A stretch of DNA of 57,719 bases, filler included, from Sphacelaria rigidula (lineage: Eukaryota): the NCBI GenBank assembly GCA_964200075.2. It is 4 parts of 4 records of this genome, joined end to end, with 100 filler letters (N's around TTAATTAATTAA, not from the genome) between each part and the next. Parts side by side here need not be neighbours in the genome. Positions count along the whole stretch, not along the records: positions 1 to 14,357 come from CAXNAA020002296.1; positions 14,458 to 28,812 come from CAXNAA020002297.1; 2 more parts are not named here. The stretch is one strand, 5' to 3'. Positions 12,116-25,418 of the stretch are shown piece by piece. Numbering within the stretch: the first letter of the stretch is position 1; the number at the start of each line of letters is the position of its first letter. The notes beneath the pieces were generated by a model. That model ran no database searches and was not told where the DNA came from. It saw only the letters and a program-made list of their open reading frames with translations. Made by a program: the position numbers and the translations under genes.

Positions 12116-14357
12116 GTATTTTTTATTTCAAAATATTCGACTTCGGAATCACAAACACACACACATACATACACACACACAAGCTGACAGGCGAGACGTG
12201 CAGCGCTCGTGAGTTTTACTATAGTGTACTTGTGGTGAATCTCGGTCAAATACCACTGCAACCCTCCCCCCCCCGCCCCCCCTCCTTTTCCACCGGGCGA
12301 GTCCATGGAGACGAGGAGTCTGTCCATCTCTCCCCTGGCACACGTACTTCCCTGACAAAATATCCCCGGGCACTGGATTAGAAGTGCCGGATACCGTCGA
12401 CGTTTCCTCCGAATGCCAACTTTCGTTCTTACGTTTCGCCCGACAGAAAACCGGAAAATATGCATATAAAGCTCTACTGATTGCTGATGCAACATCCGAA
12501 GCAACGAGATCCACTACAAGGTAGACTGGTGTGTACGGGTTTGATCAACCGGGACACGGCGGCAAACTACAGTACATTGCCTGTTTTTGCTGATGCCCAT
12601 TCTCTCCTCTGTCATAGACGTACGTGTGATATCATTTATTGTTTTGTCCGTCACATTAGCTCGATCTCTCGAACTCATGGTCATGGACTGCAAGGAGCAG
12701 AAACGGGTAAAGGTGTAGGTTTTGAGAGTTGGGAATGTATCGAGAGTGAGGGCCGCTGTGGCTTTACGCATTGTGGGTAGTTCGTCTGCTACCGCACTGT
12801 ACTTCTCGTTGGCTTGTGTTGATATGTGTATCCAAATTGCTGTCCCGTGTGTGCTTGGAGGCGGAAGAGGCTTTACCGTATTTTCTTCCCCCGTTATGCC
12901 CTTTTTGCCGTTATTTACACGGTTCATCAATAGTTCCCCCCCTACCCCCCGCTGTTAAAAACACCTGCTTTCTGAACGGCGGCTAGTACAGACACACTGT
13001 TCGGTACTATCTGACGCCAGCAGATCGCTATGGATACGGTCTCACCAAGACGATATGTCGTCGGCTGACCTCAAGAGTGTTCGATGGTTTCCTTGATCAA
13101 TCTATTATTAACATCCCTTTCATCCCCCTCTCGTCATTCACAACACTTTGTCTACAACAACACTTGTCTCAATACCACTGCTGGACACTCGGGTACCAGA
13201 TGGGAAGGGGATTCAGGTGGGGTTCGTGGTCGTGCGCGAACACCGTATTCATCGAACACTTTTCTGGCACCTTCACTTTGTGGTAGGGTCCACCGACGGA
13301 GGGTGGTAGTTTTGGTTCGCCATCACTGCAGTTTATGTGTCCCTCTGCTCAGCTCGTGATCTATGCGGCAGGGTTGCGTTGGTGACTGCGAAAGAACCAT
13401 ATGGGGCTTGCATAGTTCGAGTTGAAGAAAAGTTGGTAAGACACGGCCTCAATACGGATCTACATAGTCATCTCGCTCGGCTGAATCACACTGGGTACAC
13501 TACTGATTCCCGAACCGTTCCTTTCGTACCTCGTACTGAGCCGTACTAACTCCAATTCCTGGACCGTTCCTGCCAGCGCACCGTACTGAACCGTTATGGC
13601 TCCTGATGTACCGTGTTTGTCATCTTACTCGGACATTATTTACACGGCTTATCCATAGCCTCCCCCCCCCCTCCCCCTTGTTGAGAATCCCTGCTGTCTC
13701 CACGGCCTCTGGTACAGATACACTCGACACATGAACGTATGAAAGCAGATGAAATCAACCCCCGCAACGGGTCAACCACAGCAGCTCTCACTGACAATAC
13801 ACTATCATCTCGCAAAACCCATACCATGACAAGCACGAACACACATGACGAGACAAGAAATAGGAAATCAGCAGGTAAAAGCACACACAGCAGTGTTTAG
13901 CCGTCGTGCCCCTGTTGATCAAATTGGTACGCACCAATGTACCTTGCCGTGGACATCATTGGCTCGGATCTTGCGTCGGTAGAGCTTTGAAGACTACATG
14001 CACACGCTAATAGCTAATCGCTGTAAAACGGAGAAAATAACAGACGATTTCAAGTTCCTGTTTTTTTCGCGCACTGTGTTCTATTTCATTCACATGTCAC
14101 ATACGAGAGCGAGCATGCACCGGAGAGAACTGTCGACAAGGATGAGGGACTTTGGCTCTTTGTACGTGTATTCACCTACAGCACCGATGCTGATTGCGAC
14201 TCACAATCGTTGGTCTCATGAGTCTACGTGAAGGTCATGCGAAGAACTATCTTTTGGACCTTGGTGTTATCCCGTGAACGTAGGTACGTACGTATGCATC
14301 AGCAGCAAAACGAATCAAATCCCCCCCCCCCCCCCCCCCCCCCCCACCCCCCCCCCC

Positions 14358-14457
14358 NNNNNNNNNNNNNNNNNNNNNNNNNNNNNNNNNNNNNNNNNNN
14401 NTTAATTAATTAANNNNNNNNNNNNNNNNNNNNNNNNNNNNNNNNNNNNNNNNNNNN
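14358..14457. other. Artificial contig linker N44-TTAATTAATTAA-N44
   Basis: Exactly 100 nt; the core has stop codons in all six frames; identical to the other two linkers. Confidence 0.98.
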
Positions 14458-14538
14458 TTACTCTCGGCCTGTTTCCCTCACCGAGAAAGATGAGCTTGGA
14501 AATATTCTTCCTTGGTGAGGGAAACAGGCCGAGAGTAA
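14458..14538. repeat. Perfect 25-bp inverted repeat (hairpin) at contig start
   Basis: TTACTCTCGGCCTGTTTCCCTCACC (14458-14482) and GGTGAGGGAAACAGGCCGAGAGTAA (14514-14538). Confidence 0.9.
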
Positions 14539-14971
14539 GTCCGGCACGCGATATATCGAGGCCAACTACGAAAAGAGGTGGCTCACGACGCTAAGCGCGC
14601 CTACAAGCCCTACACTAGCCTCTAACATCACGTATATCGCACAAAGCCACGTTAGCGGTTTCTGGTCGACCAAGAAACTGGTCAGGTGTGAACTACTGCC
14701 GGAACGGTACCGCGGAGGATGCCCATTTCACCGGCGCAGGGGGGCGGAGACCCTGAACCGCATGCTGCTCGCATGCAGTAAGTGGGTGCTGCAATGCGAC
14801 CTCTACCTCAGGGAGGTCATCGACAAGACCCATGCGATCCTCGGGTCACGCGATATGCGGATGAAGCAAGACGAACGGGTGATGCTCCTCCTGAGTGGGG
14901 AGATTGGTAGAATGGGAGTGTCAGAAATTGAATGGGATATGATGACCTGCGGCAGACGCACGCGCTGTTAA
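14520..14971 (+). mobile_element. Non-LTR retrotransposon (LINE) ORF2 C-terminal remnant
   Basis: Open frame ...GFWSTKKLVRCELLPERYRGGCPFHRRRGAETLNRMLLACSKW...LLLSGE resembles a degenerate post-RT zinc knuckle (CPxC...ETxxHMLxxC). Confidence 0.5.
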
Positions 14972-16217
14972 GCACAAGCGCATTCCGTTGTTTTCCTGTA
15001 TTGATTATTCGCGCTTGAGGCTACCATCATCCGAATGCTCGGACAAATCAGTGTGGGCGCTCAAAGGCTGGAAAACTTGCAGACCTGCCCCTACCCCTCG
15101 CGCATTCTTTGCACACTGCAACCTTTCCTCCACACACTTCCAACAGCGGAACAGCTAGGTACGAGAGAAGTGAACCGAACCAGAGTTCAAGTTACAGTCT
15201 CGTCGGAGAGGGAGGGTATTGATGAAGTCATGAAAAAGTTTGTGCGAGAAAAAAACGCGTGTAGAAATGTCGAACGCTGTGCATCACTGAACCATTCCTC
15301 TTCTGCTTTCGTGTTTAACTAATATAAAAGTCGAGCTAGGGTGACCTATGATGGACAGTAGCAACCGTCAAGGTTAAGCGATGATTTCCCTCCTTATGTA
15401 GGCAAGGATTGACCGTAGTCGACGTGTTGAGGCGGGTGAATCACAGGGCACCCGATAGGGGCAAATGTAGAGTGATTTCCAGGTGGAATCGACGGTGGCT
15501 CTTCAGGTTGAGCTCCTTCTACCGACAAGATCCTGCTGCCTAGGATCCCAGAGTCGGCTGTACAGGTATGAGAGTTTTGGGCCTCTCGACCAGCCCACGG
15601 TTGGAACTGCTTTCGAAACGACGTTGTCTGGTTTACACGTCATGGGAGAAATCTCTCCCCACATACAATATACAATAGCGACCTCCACACAAATCAAAAA
15701 CATGGGTGACAGCTCTTGCCGTGAGATCTGCAATCGAATGATGAATTCACCACGCGATACAGGTGATGAAATAATAATAAAACTGCACCCAGCGTTTTTC
15801 TCCTGTGTTTTTTCCGAGTCTTCGATGGATTCTGTTCGGGGATTCTTTGGGGCAAGTGATCGCATGCTGTCCGTCCAAGTCCTACTCGCAGTCTTAAGTA
15901 GCTCAACACCATTGCGACGTTCGGCTGCTTGCTTGGGGACTTGTCTCCCTCAGGTTGCAGCCTGGTCCGGCGAGAACCCAGCGTGCCCCGTCCTGGCTCT
16001 GTAGGGGCGGACCCCCGATGGGGTTGGCGTCGGTTGGCGATGACGCTGTGAAACACGCCTCTTACAGCGTAAGCTCGGCAATCAGGTCACCGATTTTTTG
16101 CGCGCTTGATTTTTTTTGCGGTAACCATGATGGTAGTCGAGCTAGATCATGCTGCGCGGCGTGGGAGAACCTCAATTCCGCACAATGGTGATGATCGTAT
16201 TACGTAGTATTTAAATG

Positions 16218-16521
16218 GTGAGGCACCCACGAGGCCGTGAGTGTATAGCACGTGGCTGTCTCTGGAAGTGATGATTCCAGAAAATGAAGCAACTCATTGT
16301 AGACTATCATCCAAATGCAAGATAGTCAGTACGCTTCGGGCCGAGCGATCTTACCAGGATGCATCTCACCATTCATGCGACTCGCCGAACGCACCACGGC
16401 GTTTCGCGCTTGATGATTGGGTGCGAGTCTGGTCCGGCGAAAGCCCGGCGTGCTCCGTCCCGGCTTTGTAGGAATGCGAGGTCAATGATCTCACCATGGC
16501 ATGCATGATCATGAATACATC
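16218..16521. repeat. Copy of the dispersed ~300-bp repeat family
   Basis: Colinear with 7615-7917 (tggctgtctct.g.agtg..gat.ccagaaaatgaa.caactcattgtag.ct.tcatccaa.tgcaagat). Confidence 0.8.
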
Positions 16522-16585
16522 CCTCTCAGGTTGGGACAGCGTTGTAGCAGTCCAGGTGAAAAAAAAAAAATGAACTACGTTCTTG

Positions 16586-16662
16586 AGTACGTCCATCATG
16601 AGACCACGGTTGGACCCCTGGGGGGGCAGTTAAAGTGCGACAATCAATCAATCAATCGATCG

Positions 16663-16693
<31 letters not shown>
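16586..16693 (+). mobile_element. Retroposon (LINE/SINE) 3' end with (CAAT)n tail
   Basis: gtacgtccatcatgagaccacggttggacccctggggggcagttaaagtgc followed by (caat)n. A reverse copy with an AAT-type tail lies at 57441-57503. Confidence 0.65.
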
Positions 16694-16694
<1 letters not shown>

Positions 16695-17429
16695 CGTTCG
16701 AAATATCTTCATTTTTGTTGTCAGTAGCATCAAGCAAGCCCCGAGGCAACGCCGGTATTGTCGCGAAGTGCAGTTGAAAGTTACGCGCTCAAACACTGCA
16801 CCACAAACAGATGAGTATGGGAACCGGTTCGCACGCGGAGAATTTTCGAGCCGCCTGCCCTTCCGTGTTCGGTGTTTGCTTGAACGCGACCCTCTCTTTC
16901 CCTCTTTTGCGGCGACGTCTGTACGGCACCGATACACACGAGTCGTGCACGGCACAACCACTTCGGTACAGCCAGCACTGATAAAGCTAAACTCAACAGT
17001 CCTCCTCTCCGGTTCCGTTCCGTTTGGCAAGCATGGTGAGGTGCCGTTTACGTAGTCCTTGTGTGCTGCGTTACATATCTGGTTCTGCCCACATGTGCGT
17101 TAAAACGTGTAGTGTGCAAGGCTGCGGACGTTGCGATTGGAATGCACCGCGACGTAATATGAGAAAAATCGTGGAGTTGATCTACAACTTGAATTCAAAC
17201 ACAGTAGTCATGAAAAACGCCGCTAATGCTTTAAACTCCGAGATTCGATCCTTGCCAGCTGTAGCACCGCCTACTCTGACGAGGCGTGGCGACAGGAGAT
17301 CGACGCGCGGGCGGTTCTCAACAAGACGCAAGCAGCCGAGCTTCGCGCATTCATGAGCGCCAAATATGAGGAGGGGAAACAAGGTTCCGACGCAAGGTGA
17401 TCGAGTCGATGGAGGTCAAATGTCATCAT

Positions 17430-20400
17430 CCCACTTCGAAAGCATGTTTGAAAGCCGCCGCCGTCAGACTTTCACCGAGCCACCCCATGAGCACTTGTTG
17501 GTCATGGCAACGTAGTAGTCCCCAGCGGCAATTTTGGCCTGCCGAAGCATCTCTTGCGGTATGCTCTTCGCCCATGGGCCCCTTCCCTTGCTTATCCTCA
17601 CGTTTCCTTAGGTTTGAACAATTTCGGACTATTCACGAGCTACCAACGGACTTTCCATGGCAATTGCGTGGACCATGACCAATCGTTGCCCCTCGTCCGA
17701 AGTACGACTCATCCCGTCCTGGACCACCTGCCTCATGCCCATTCGTGAAAAAATAAAGGAGTACGCAAAATCATGCAACTGGTGACAGGAATTCTCACCT
17801 ATGTGCACCACAAATGCCGTTTCTGCCTCCACGTCAGTACGAGCACCATATAGAATCAGGACATCTTGTAATGTTTTCGTGGTGGGCGACTTTAAATAGT
17901 TTTTTCGCGTGCCACCGCTCATCCCAGAGAAAGTTCGCCCCTCAAGTGTGGGGATCGGGATATACCAGGCGCCCCCTCCACATTCCGACACAGCAACGAT
18001 CTCTGCGCTCAGTATTTAACGACTTACGGGCTGACTCGTCTTCGGGGGTCCTGCGACCACCGAGGTTCCGACTCTTCGTTATTTGTGCTGGATTGAAGCA
18101 ATCCAGATCGTTCTTGTGAAAAAATATACACTACTTTTTTTCTTGAATCTGTCCCTAATTCAGTGGGGGCTCTCAGTAGTGCCGGGTGAATAGTGCCAAC
18201 GACCTATATAATGCCGGGAAAATCTCCGGGCATAGCCAGAGCTCGTAGTAGTGCCGGGCGGCACTACTGACAGATGACCCGCAGTAGAGTCGGTTTGAAC
18301 GGTTTTGTACCCTCAACAGTGCCGGTTCCGGACACACTCACGCACGCCTTACCCCCCACCAACCAAGCACCAGTAGGGGTACAGCAGGGTACGCCAACAA
18401 GCGAACGCGCCAAGCAGACTTGAGGAGTTTTTGCCGACGGAATGAGGAGGGAGATGCGGGGGCTAGTGCAAGTCATAGGTGGTTCCTTCGGTGGTTGCTT
18501 CACTGATGTTGGTTTTTATCGGGTAGCCCGTAGCATCTACGCCCGAGCACAGCCACGGGAGAAGTCGTGTCTAGTTTGCTGTATCGGTGTGTTTTTTTTC
18601 GAGGTCGTTTGTTCATCTCTCTCCTTGTCTCGGTAGCCGGTAGGAAGTGAAAAGGGGGGTGGTTCATTCTTTCTCGCTCACTCCTTTTGGTGGGCGGTGT
18701 ACTCTTTCGTGAGTTTTTTTCGACACCAGATGCCGCACCTTCATGGTAGCGTTGGGTGCAGATATGCCCTTGTTTTTCTTGTCGGGAAGATCTTTCGGCG
18801 TGAGCAACTTTTGTGGCCGTACTGCTGCTGTTGTGCTAGTAGGGAAGGAAATGATCAACCTGTGAACAGGATCAATCAAGTTGAATGTGAAAAACAAAAA
18901 ACATCGGGTTCAGTTCTGCTACCCCGAAACCTTACGTGACGTATCCTATCGAAACCCCTTGAAACAAAGGTCCTCGTCCGGTTTGTGCTTCCGTTGGTCC
19001 CACGAAGGGCAAGCGTAGCATTGTACGAACGGATGGTCGTCAGTAGTACCAGAACCGCCACTACTGGAGTATTCATAGCCCTCAATTGCACCTGTTTTGG
19101 CACTTTTCAGAGTAGTGCCGGGCTCTCTGAGTAGTGCCGGTATGTGCCCGTGGGCACATACCGGCACTACTCAGAGCCACCCACTGTTCATTGTGTTAGC
19201 GCCGAAGACCCGTGTTTTCCCGACCAGTGACGATCGATCACACCCCTGATGGACGAGGTCCATAATCTGTATCGCCCCAACAACACCAACGTGGGCATCG
19301 TATCCTGAGCACAACCTGCTCATTCGCCCACGATCTGTGGACGCTACGACTTTCGAGTGCTGAGGAAGAATATTGTACGAGAACATTCCGAAGAATAACC
19401 AATAATACAAAAATTGCCCAACCGAGCTCCGTCTATAATAGCACGGGCCGTGAACCAATTCCGATCGGTCTCGTGAATAATTGCACATAACCATTTTCTC
19501 TGTTTTTACCTGTTCATCACGCTAGAGCCAAGAAGGAATGTGTCTCGGACGGGGATAAGTCAAAAGCACCCCCAGTCAATTTTTGAAGCTGGGTATTTTT
19601 TCTGAATGTTCTTGTATAGTATTTTTCCTCATCACTCAAAAATCCCAGAGTCGGTAGACAGTGGGAAAATAAGCCGATCGTGCTCAGGATACAATCCTCA
19701 AGTTGGTGTTGTCGGGGTGATATAGAGTAAGGGCCTCGTTCATCGGGGGGTTACCGACGGTCACTGGTCCAAGAAACAAATTATTTTGGCTCTAGCGCGA
19801 TGAATAGATAAATTAAATAAGTAATTCGCCGTTGTTCACGAGAACGGTCGGGATTGCTTTTATCCACTAAAAAATTACCCAAGGGGCAGAACCTGGGGAT
19901 GGGTATTCGAAGGACCCCTGAGGACCGGTCAGCCCGTCAGTCATTCAATACGGAGTCTAGGTATGTTGTTTGGTTCCGCAATCTGGAGCGGAGGCATAGT
20001 ATCTCCCGATTCCCAAAATTTGGGATCAACTGTTCACGGGGATGAGCGGTGGCACGCGAGAAAACTATCGAAAATCGCAAACTAAAAAATAAATAAACAC
20101 AAAAATAAACTGGTTCAGCTCGAAACTACTTCATGACTGCGCGTACTCGAACTTTTTCGTGAGAGAGCATTGGGCAGTACAGAATGGGATAGGTACGAAT
20201 GTGGGCAAGGGGTAATTATTGATCATGGTTCACGCGATAACCATGGAATGAGCACGAGGTAGATGGTGCAGGACGGGATGGGTCGTACTTCGGGCAAGGG
20301 TCAACGATTGGTCATGGTCCACACGATAAGTAAGGAAAGCCCGTTGACAGCTGGTCAGTAGTCCGAATTTTGCATCCAGGAGGGGTGGTTCAAACCCGAG

Positions 20401-20975
20401 GGAACGGGTGAGGGTGAGCAAGGGAAGGGGTCCATGGGTAAAAGAGAACCGCAGAGTTACTTTGGTAGGCCAAAAACTGCCACAGGGGAGTACCACGCCA
20501 TGACCGACAAAATGTCCATGGGGTGGCTTGGTGAACGTCTGAATCCGGCTTGCAAAGCAAAGCTATCTTCGAAAGCCGGCGTCAGATGTTCACCGAGCCA
20601 CTCCATGCAACAGTTTGTCGGTCATGGCAGCGCGGTAATCCCCAGCGGCAATGTTGGCCTGCCGAACCATCCCTGCGGTGTTCTCTTCGCCCTCGGGCCC
20701 CTCCCCTTGCTCACCCCCACGCGCCTTCTTTGGTCTGAACCATCCCTCCCGGATGGAAGATTCGGCCTGCTGACGAGCTACCAACGGACTTTACTTGGTA
20801 ATTGCGTGGACCATGACCAATCGTCGTCTCTTGCCCGAAGTATGACACATCCCGTCCAGCACCACCTACCTCGTGCTCATTCGTAAAGAAAAAAAACGAG
20901 TACGCATAATTATGCAACTGTTGACACAACTCTCATCCATGTGCATCACAACTGCCGTTTCTGCCTCCTCGTCAC
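17430..20975. repeat. Complex of long direct and inverted repeats (foldback-like)
   Basis: 17430-17840 is repeated directly at 20570-20975 and inverted at 20230-20550. 17870-18150 is inverted at ~19890-20090. 19205-19310 is inverted at 19680-19775. Confidence 0.75.
19125..19176. repeat. Perfect 25-bp palindrome with 2-nt spacer
   Basis: CTCTGAGTAGTGCCGGTATGTGCCC-gt-GGGCACATACCGGCACTACTCAGAG. Confidence 0.9.
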
Positions 20976-23900
20976 AACTGCAGAAAGCTGCTCTGTACGA
21001 TAAAAATGGTCAAATATAGGCTCTCCTGGAAGATGGTTGTTGTTCTCGGCCAACGCGTCGTACTATCACGAGTGTGACGAGGAGCTTTAGTTGCCTGCCG
21101 AAACACACAACACAGAACTTTTGCACAAACATGAGGCTGGGAATATCACTGTTCAATGTGGAGAACTGGAGGGTTACCGTGGAAGGAAGGGTGTGCCACG
21201 CAATTTTGAAGTGTCAGTGACTGGCCAGTTAGTCCCCCAATGCGAGCTCCAGGGGTGGCGGTGGTGTCAGCGGTGCCGAGTTAGTGTTGACCGCTCGACA
21301 TTTCCTTCTGCTTAGATTTCCCACAAGCTCGTGGACGAAATCGAGGAGTTAATAATGGACAGGCGAGGGTGGCAGCTGATGCGGACCGCTCTCCCATCCA
21401 CAAGGCGTGGTCTATCCACCAGAAACAGTGACTGCAAGCCCCTCGATAGCCCCTTCAAATTGGCGCCGGGCTAGGGACTGGGAAAAGACACGGCAAAGCG
21501 CTCTTGGATAGCGAAGATTCTGGAACGTGCTTGAAAATCGCCTACACTTGGTCTGAATATTTTTCAGGCCGGCCACCAACAAACGGCCCTACCAACCATG
21601 ATCTCTACAAGCGCAAGGTATAACAGTGTTTTTCACTCTCGGTCGTGTGGAGGCGGCATTTTGGGAGATCAGGCGCCCACACACACCGCACTTGGCACCT
21701 CATGGTGCTGAAACTTCACGTATGTGCGGCTTGACGCCGCAGGTAGGTGCTGATGCAGTAGTTCCGGCGACCCAAGGCATTTTGTGCGCTGAGTGGCTTG
21801 AGGGGATGGTTATGCATGATGCTAACTGTTCCGGGATATTTCCCACCTTTTAATTACTAATCTATGCGGCAGCGATATGAAATCCGCGCGGAGGCAGCGG
21901 CAGATGTTGCCAGCGTTGTCGTTCAGGTCAGCAGCTTGTCGATCGACGTTTTGTAGTAACGCAGAAAACGACCACCACTCAGGGTTCGTCGTATATTAAC
22001 CAGAGGTAGATGCCCTTGGGTTCACTATGCCGTCTCGCGCAAGACGCGGCCGTACAGCCGACCCGAAGAGAAGAGTCTCCCGCGAAGGACCACTATGAAG
22101 CTGTTCGGGGGGGGGGGAACCGTCCCCTTAAAGGCAGCCACAGACTTCGCGAGCCGGAAACTACACCAGTGTCAGGGTGGGAGGGAGGGGGTTACTATTT
22201 TTTTATTCATCAGAATGAACGTGAGATCCTTGACTATAACGCTCTTACGTGAACATTTTAAGGTTTTCTCCATATGCACTTGATCGACGTTCTGAAGTGT
22301 TTTTCTCACGGTTCCACTTGATTCGCGGGTTTTCCACCCCTGCCGAGACGTGGCTCGCCTCGTGCAGTCAGTCCTAGAGTACTCGTTGTACTGTCGGCTA
22401 GAATCACACACTGTCAATTTCATCGTGTATTATCATGACGCAATACATTTCGTGTATCAAGTGCTTCCTCCCTCGGCAGTTGCATACATCCTTTCATCCT
22501 CTCCCATCCGGGAGCCTCAGCCCGCTACGTTGTCTGTAGCACCACCTTGCCGTGCTGATGCTGACCCTTCTTTTCCGAACACGTATGCCCCTTCTAGTCT
22601 CAGCATATTTCACGCTGTGGAGCTTGACCGTCTCCAATGGGCGCCACGGGTTATGAACTACAACTTTTCACACGTCGGACAGATCAGCTCGTGACAGACC
22701 CGGGTCGGCTCATTTGGGACATATATCGTGATCTGTCCGAGGTGTGCTATCACCCGTGCAAGCTCGTCCGATGGTGGTCCATAGCACTCGCTCGACCCGT
22801 ACATATTTGCCGAGCAACGAGCTGTACGACCGCTTCACACACACTTTCATGTACAACTGATCTACAGAGTTATGCCATCTGCATAACATTACATAGTTGT
22901 ATCTGTATAACTTGGCTCAGGCAAACGCAGCAGCTTCTCGTCGATCCGCACGATTTAAATCTCATGTATACCAGAAGCTACACTACGTATATGAATCTAG
23001 TATACAGAACACAACATTCAGTATTCCACACCTGCTAGCTTGTATGGCCCGGGTGCATTGTTCATGTTCACAAGTTCGTAGGTGGACTACACAGCCCGGG
23101 CACATGAAACACGAAGTACGTATATTCACTCGCAGGACTGATTGTTGGAGTCTACGAGTATCACTACTATGGAGCTTTGATCAGCTCGCATGCTCAACGC
23201 AGTGTAGATGTGTGGAAGAAACGGGATATGTCATGAGCCTAAGGAGAGAGGTCGTATCGCACAATGCGCATCGCTTTGCTGATGGCAACACCCACTCAGT
23301 TCACACTCGAATAGTAACTGCAGCAGTGGTCTCTGATCATCAGCATTAACTTCACTTGGTAGCGTTTTCTTGGTGTGCTCTTAGCGACAAGCGTCGTGTC
23401 GGAAAGTAAAATGAGCTCCTTCACTCCCGTGGCAGTAGCAGTAGGGGTAAGGAACAATGGTTGTGATTTGCGTAGATAAGACATATATTCAGTTGTGCCA
23501 GCGGCAGTATGGACGACTGTTTTCGTTTTTTCTCGTTCAGGGTGCGCACACTCACGCGCCGTGGGGAAAGGAAGAAACAATATATAGCTATGTGCTCAAT
23601 CGACTCAATATAACGCTGTTTGGCCAGCGTCTGACGAAAAATTCCGACGCGTTAACATTTCCGGCGTTGATAAAGCACGGGTGGCCCCCACAAGCCTGCC
23701 CACGATCACCCGTCTGACCTTTGCGATCTGCGATTTATCTGTACCTGTATGACCTGTTCAACCTTTACATATTTCTCGGTTGGTGACCTAAAGAAACCCG
23801 TTGCTCTGTACACATGGCCTGATGAACGATCTGTATGGCCATGTGATTCGTACAAGTCCACTTGATGGTGATCTGTATGACCCGAGTATTCGTACCAGAG

Positions 23901-25159
23901 TTTTCATAGGCGATTTGTATACTCCGTTTATCCGTACATCGCCTCCTTAGGCACACCCATGTAATCCAAATCAGGTGTACTCGAAACGCCAACAACCCGT
24001 GTACCCTCATAACTCGTACAAGATATTTCCCTCGTAATTGATGGTGGTCAACGGTCAAACGACTAAGGCAAGCAACAGATGAGTGCCCCCCCGCCCCCCC
24101 CCTCCCATCGTGATCGATACCCCCGCAACACGAGGACCGTTCCACGACTAGTTGCACTGTGTCTTTCAAATCGTGTAAACTGATGTGTTCACACTCCACC
24201 TGTATGGCCCGGGTGACACAAATAATGATCTGTCCGATGTGAGCAACTTTTGTAAAATGCCTCCATATTATTGAAATGGAACACCACTGATAATTCTACC
24301 CTTCAGCCGTCAGATCCCTCAAATGACCATTGATCGATACCTGAAATAATGTGAGAAATGGCAGCTTTTACCTATATTGAGCACGTCATTGTACGCGAGT
24401 TGAGGGGGTATTATTGGGAGTTCATGGATGATGTGGGAGTATGCACGAACATCAAGAGTATCACATATTGGACAAACTACTTTCGATCTGAGGGGGGCGA
24501 GGTGGACAACCCGACGGCGAAGCACGAAGGGAGGAAAAGGTTCATGACGTGCGTCGAAAATATTTGCCTCGTATGCGCCAGGCCAGCAACGGGTTTGTGT
24601 GCCATTGCTTGATGGCGGTGCTGTACAATTTACGAGAATAGTAGTGGTCGACCACCGCTGTACTGTGCTGTACGGTGTTACAAACGTTACACAACATCCG
24701 CGGGTCTGTCGGCCGAAAATATTGTACCGAAACGAGGCCCAGCAAAAAAAAGCCGGGTGAGGTGCAAGGTGTACTGACTGTACTGTCTGTAGTGTGCAGT
24801 CTGTACGAAACATATTTCTGGGTACGACGCATTCCTTTTTCAGCAGCAGTCCTCTCAAGAACGAGCAGCGTAAGAGCAATGACGAGCGAAATACAATCTA
24901 TTCATCAGCAATACACTCAACAGCAAGACCACTGCCACAGTAGTACAGTGCCCTATTACTCAGCACGCCAAGCCTCTGTCAATCGGTCCCGTGTCTCGAT
25001 TATATACAGAGTGAACACATCTCAGCACCCTCCGCAAAACAGGCCACACCGATTTCGACGGACGAAAGACGCGACAGGCAATAGGACTCCCTCACCACCC
25101 TCACGAGAACAACTTGGCACAATAACCATGATAGAGGAATGGTAGCCAAATCTACTCAC

Positions 25160-25418
25160 CTCCATCACATAGAGCAATAGGCCCGTCCACCATAACAATG
25201 GGAACTTTCGCGATCAGCTCCTCCGCATCGCTACGGTGCGCCCCGTATTCGTATACAGACTTGCTCTTATCCTTCGCGTAAAAGCTCCTTCGTTGTTGCA
25301 AATGTTGCTGTTGTTCAAGCAATTCCTGGTTTCTCAATGAAGATGCCCCTGTACCTCGCGGAATTACCGCAGCCAACGTCCGCACCACCGTTCTTTGTCT
25401 TGCCACCAACGACTGCAT
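25160..25418 (-). CDS. NDUFS6: NADH:ubiquinone oxidoreductase 13-kDa-A / NDUFS6 subunit (zf-CHCC), exon 1
   Basis: Arg-rich mitochondrial-type presequence, then AEELIAKVPIVMVDGPIALCDG, typical of NDUFS6 just before GGGxLGHP. Donor gtgagt immediately follows (phase 1). Exon 2 not located. Confidence 0.85.

Noticed and set aside
13337-13549. RIO kinase-domain exon (VTAKEPY resembling STGKEA)
   Set aside because: The similarity is too weak and there is no phase-compatible continuation of ...ICGR.
14402-14413. TTAATTAATTAA as a biological motif
   Set aside because: It is centred in N runs and identical three times; it is a six-frame stop linker.
23640-23705. NDUFS6 exon 2 (minus-strand GGHPCFIN)
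   Set aside because: It lacks the LGHP context, the downstream CxYC and a suitable acceptor.
24358-24612. Tc1/IS630-like transposase tail or host exon
   Set aside because: No convincing motif, splice sites or TIRs.
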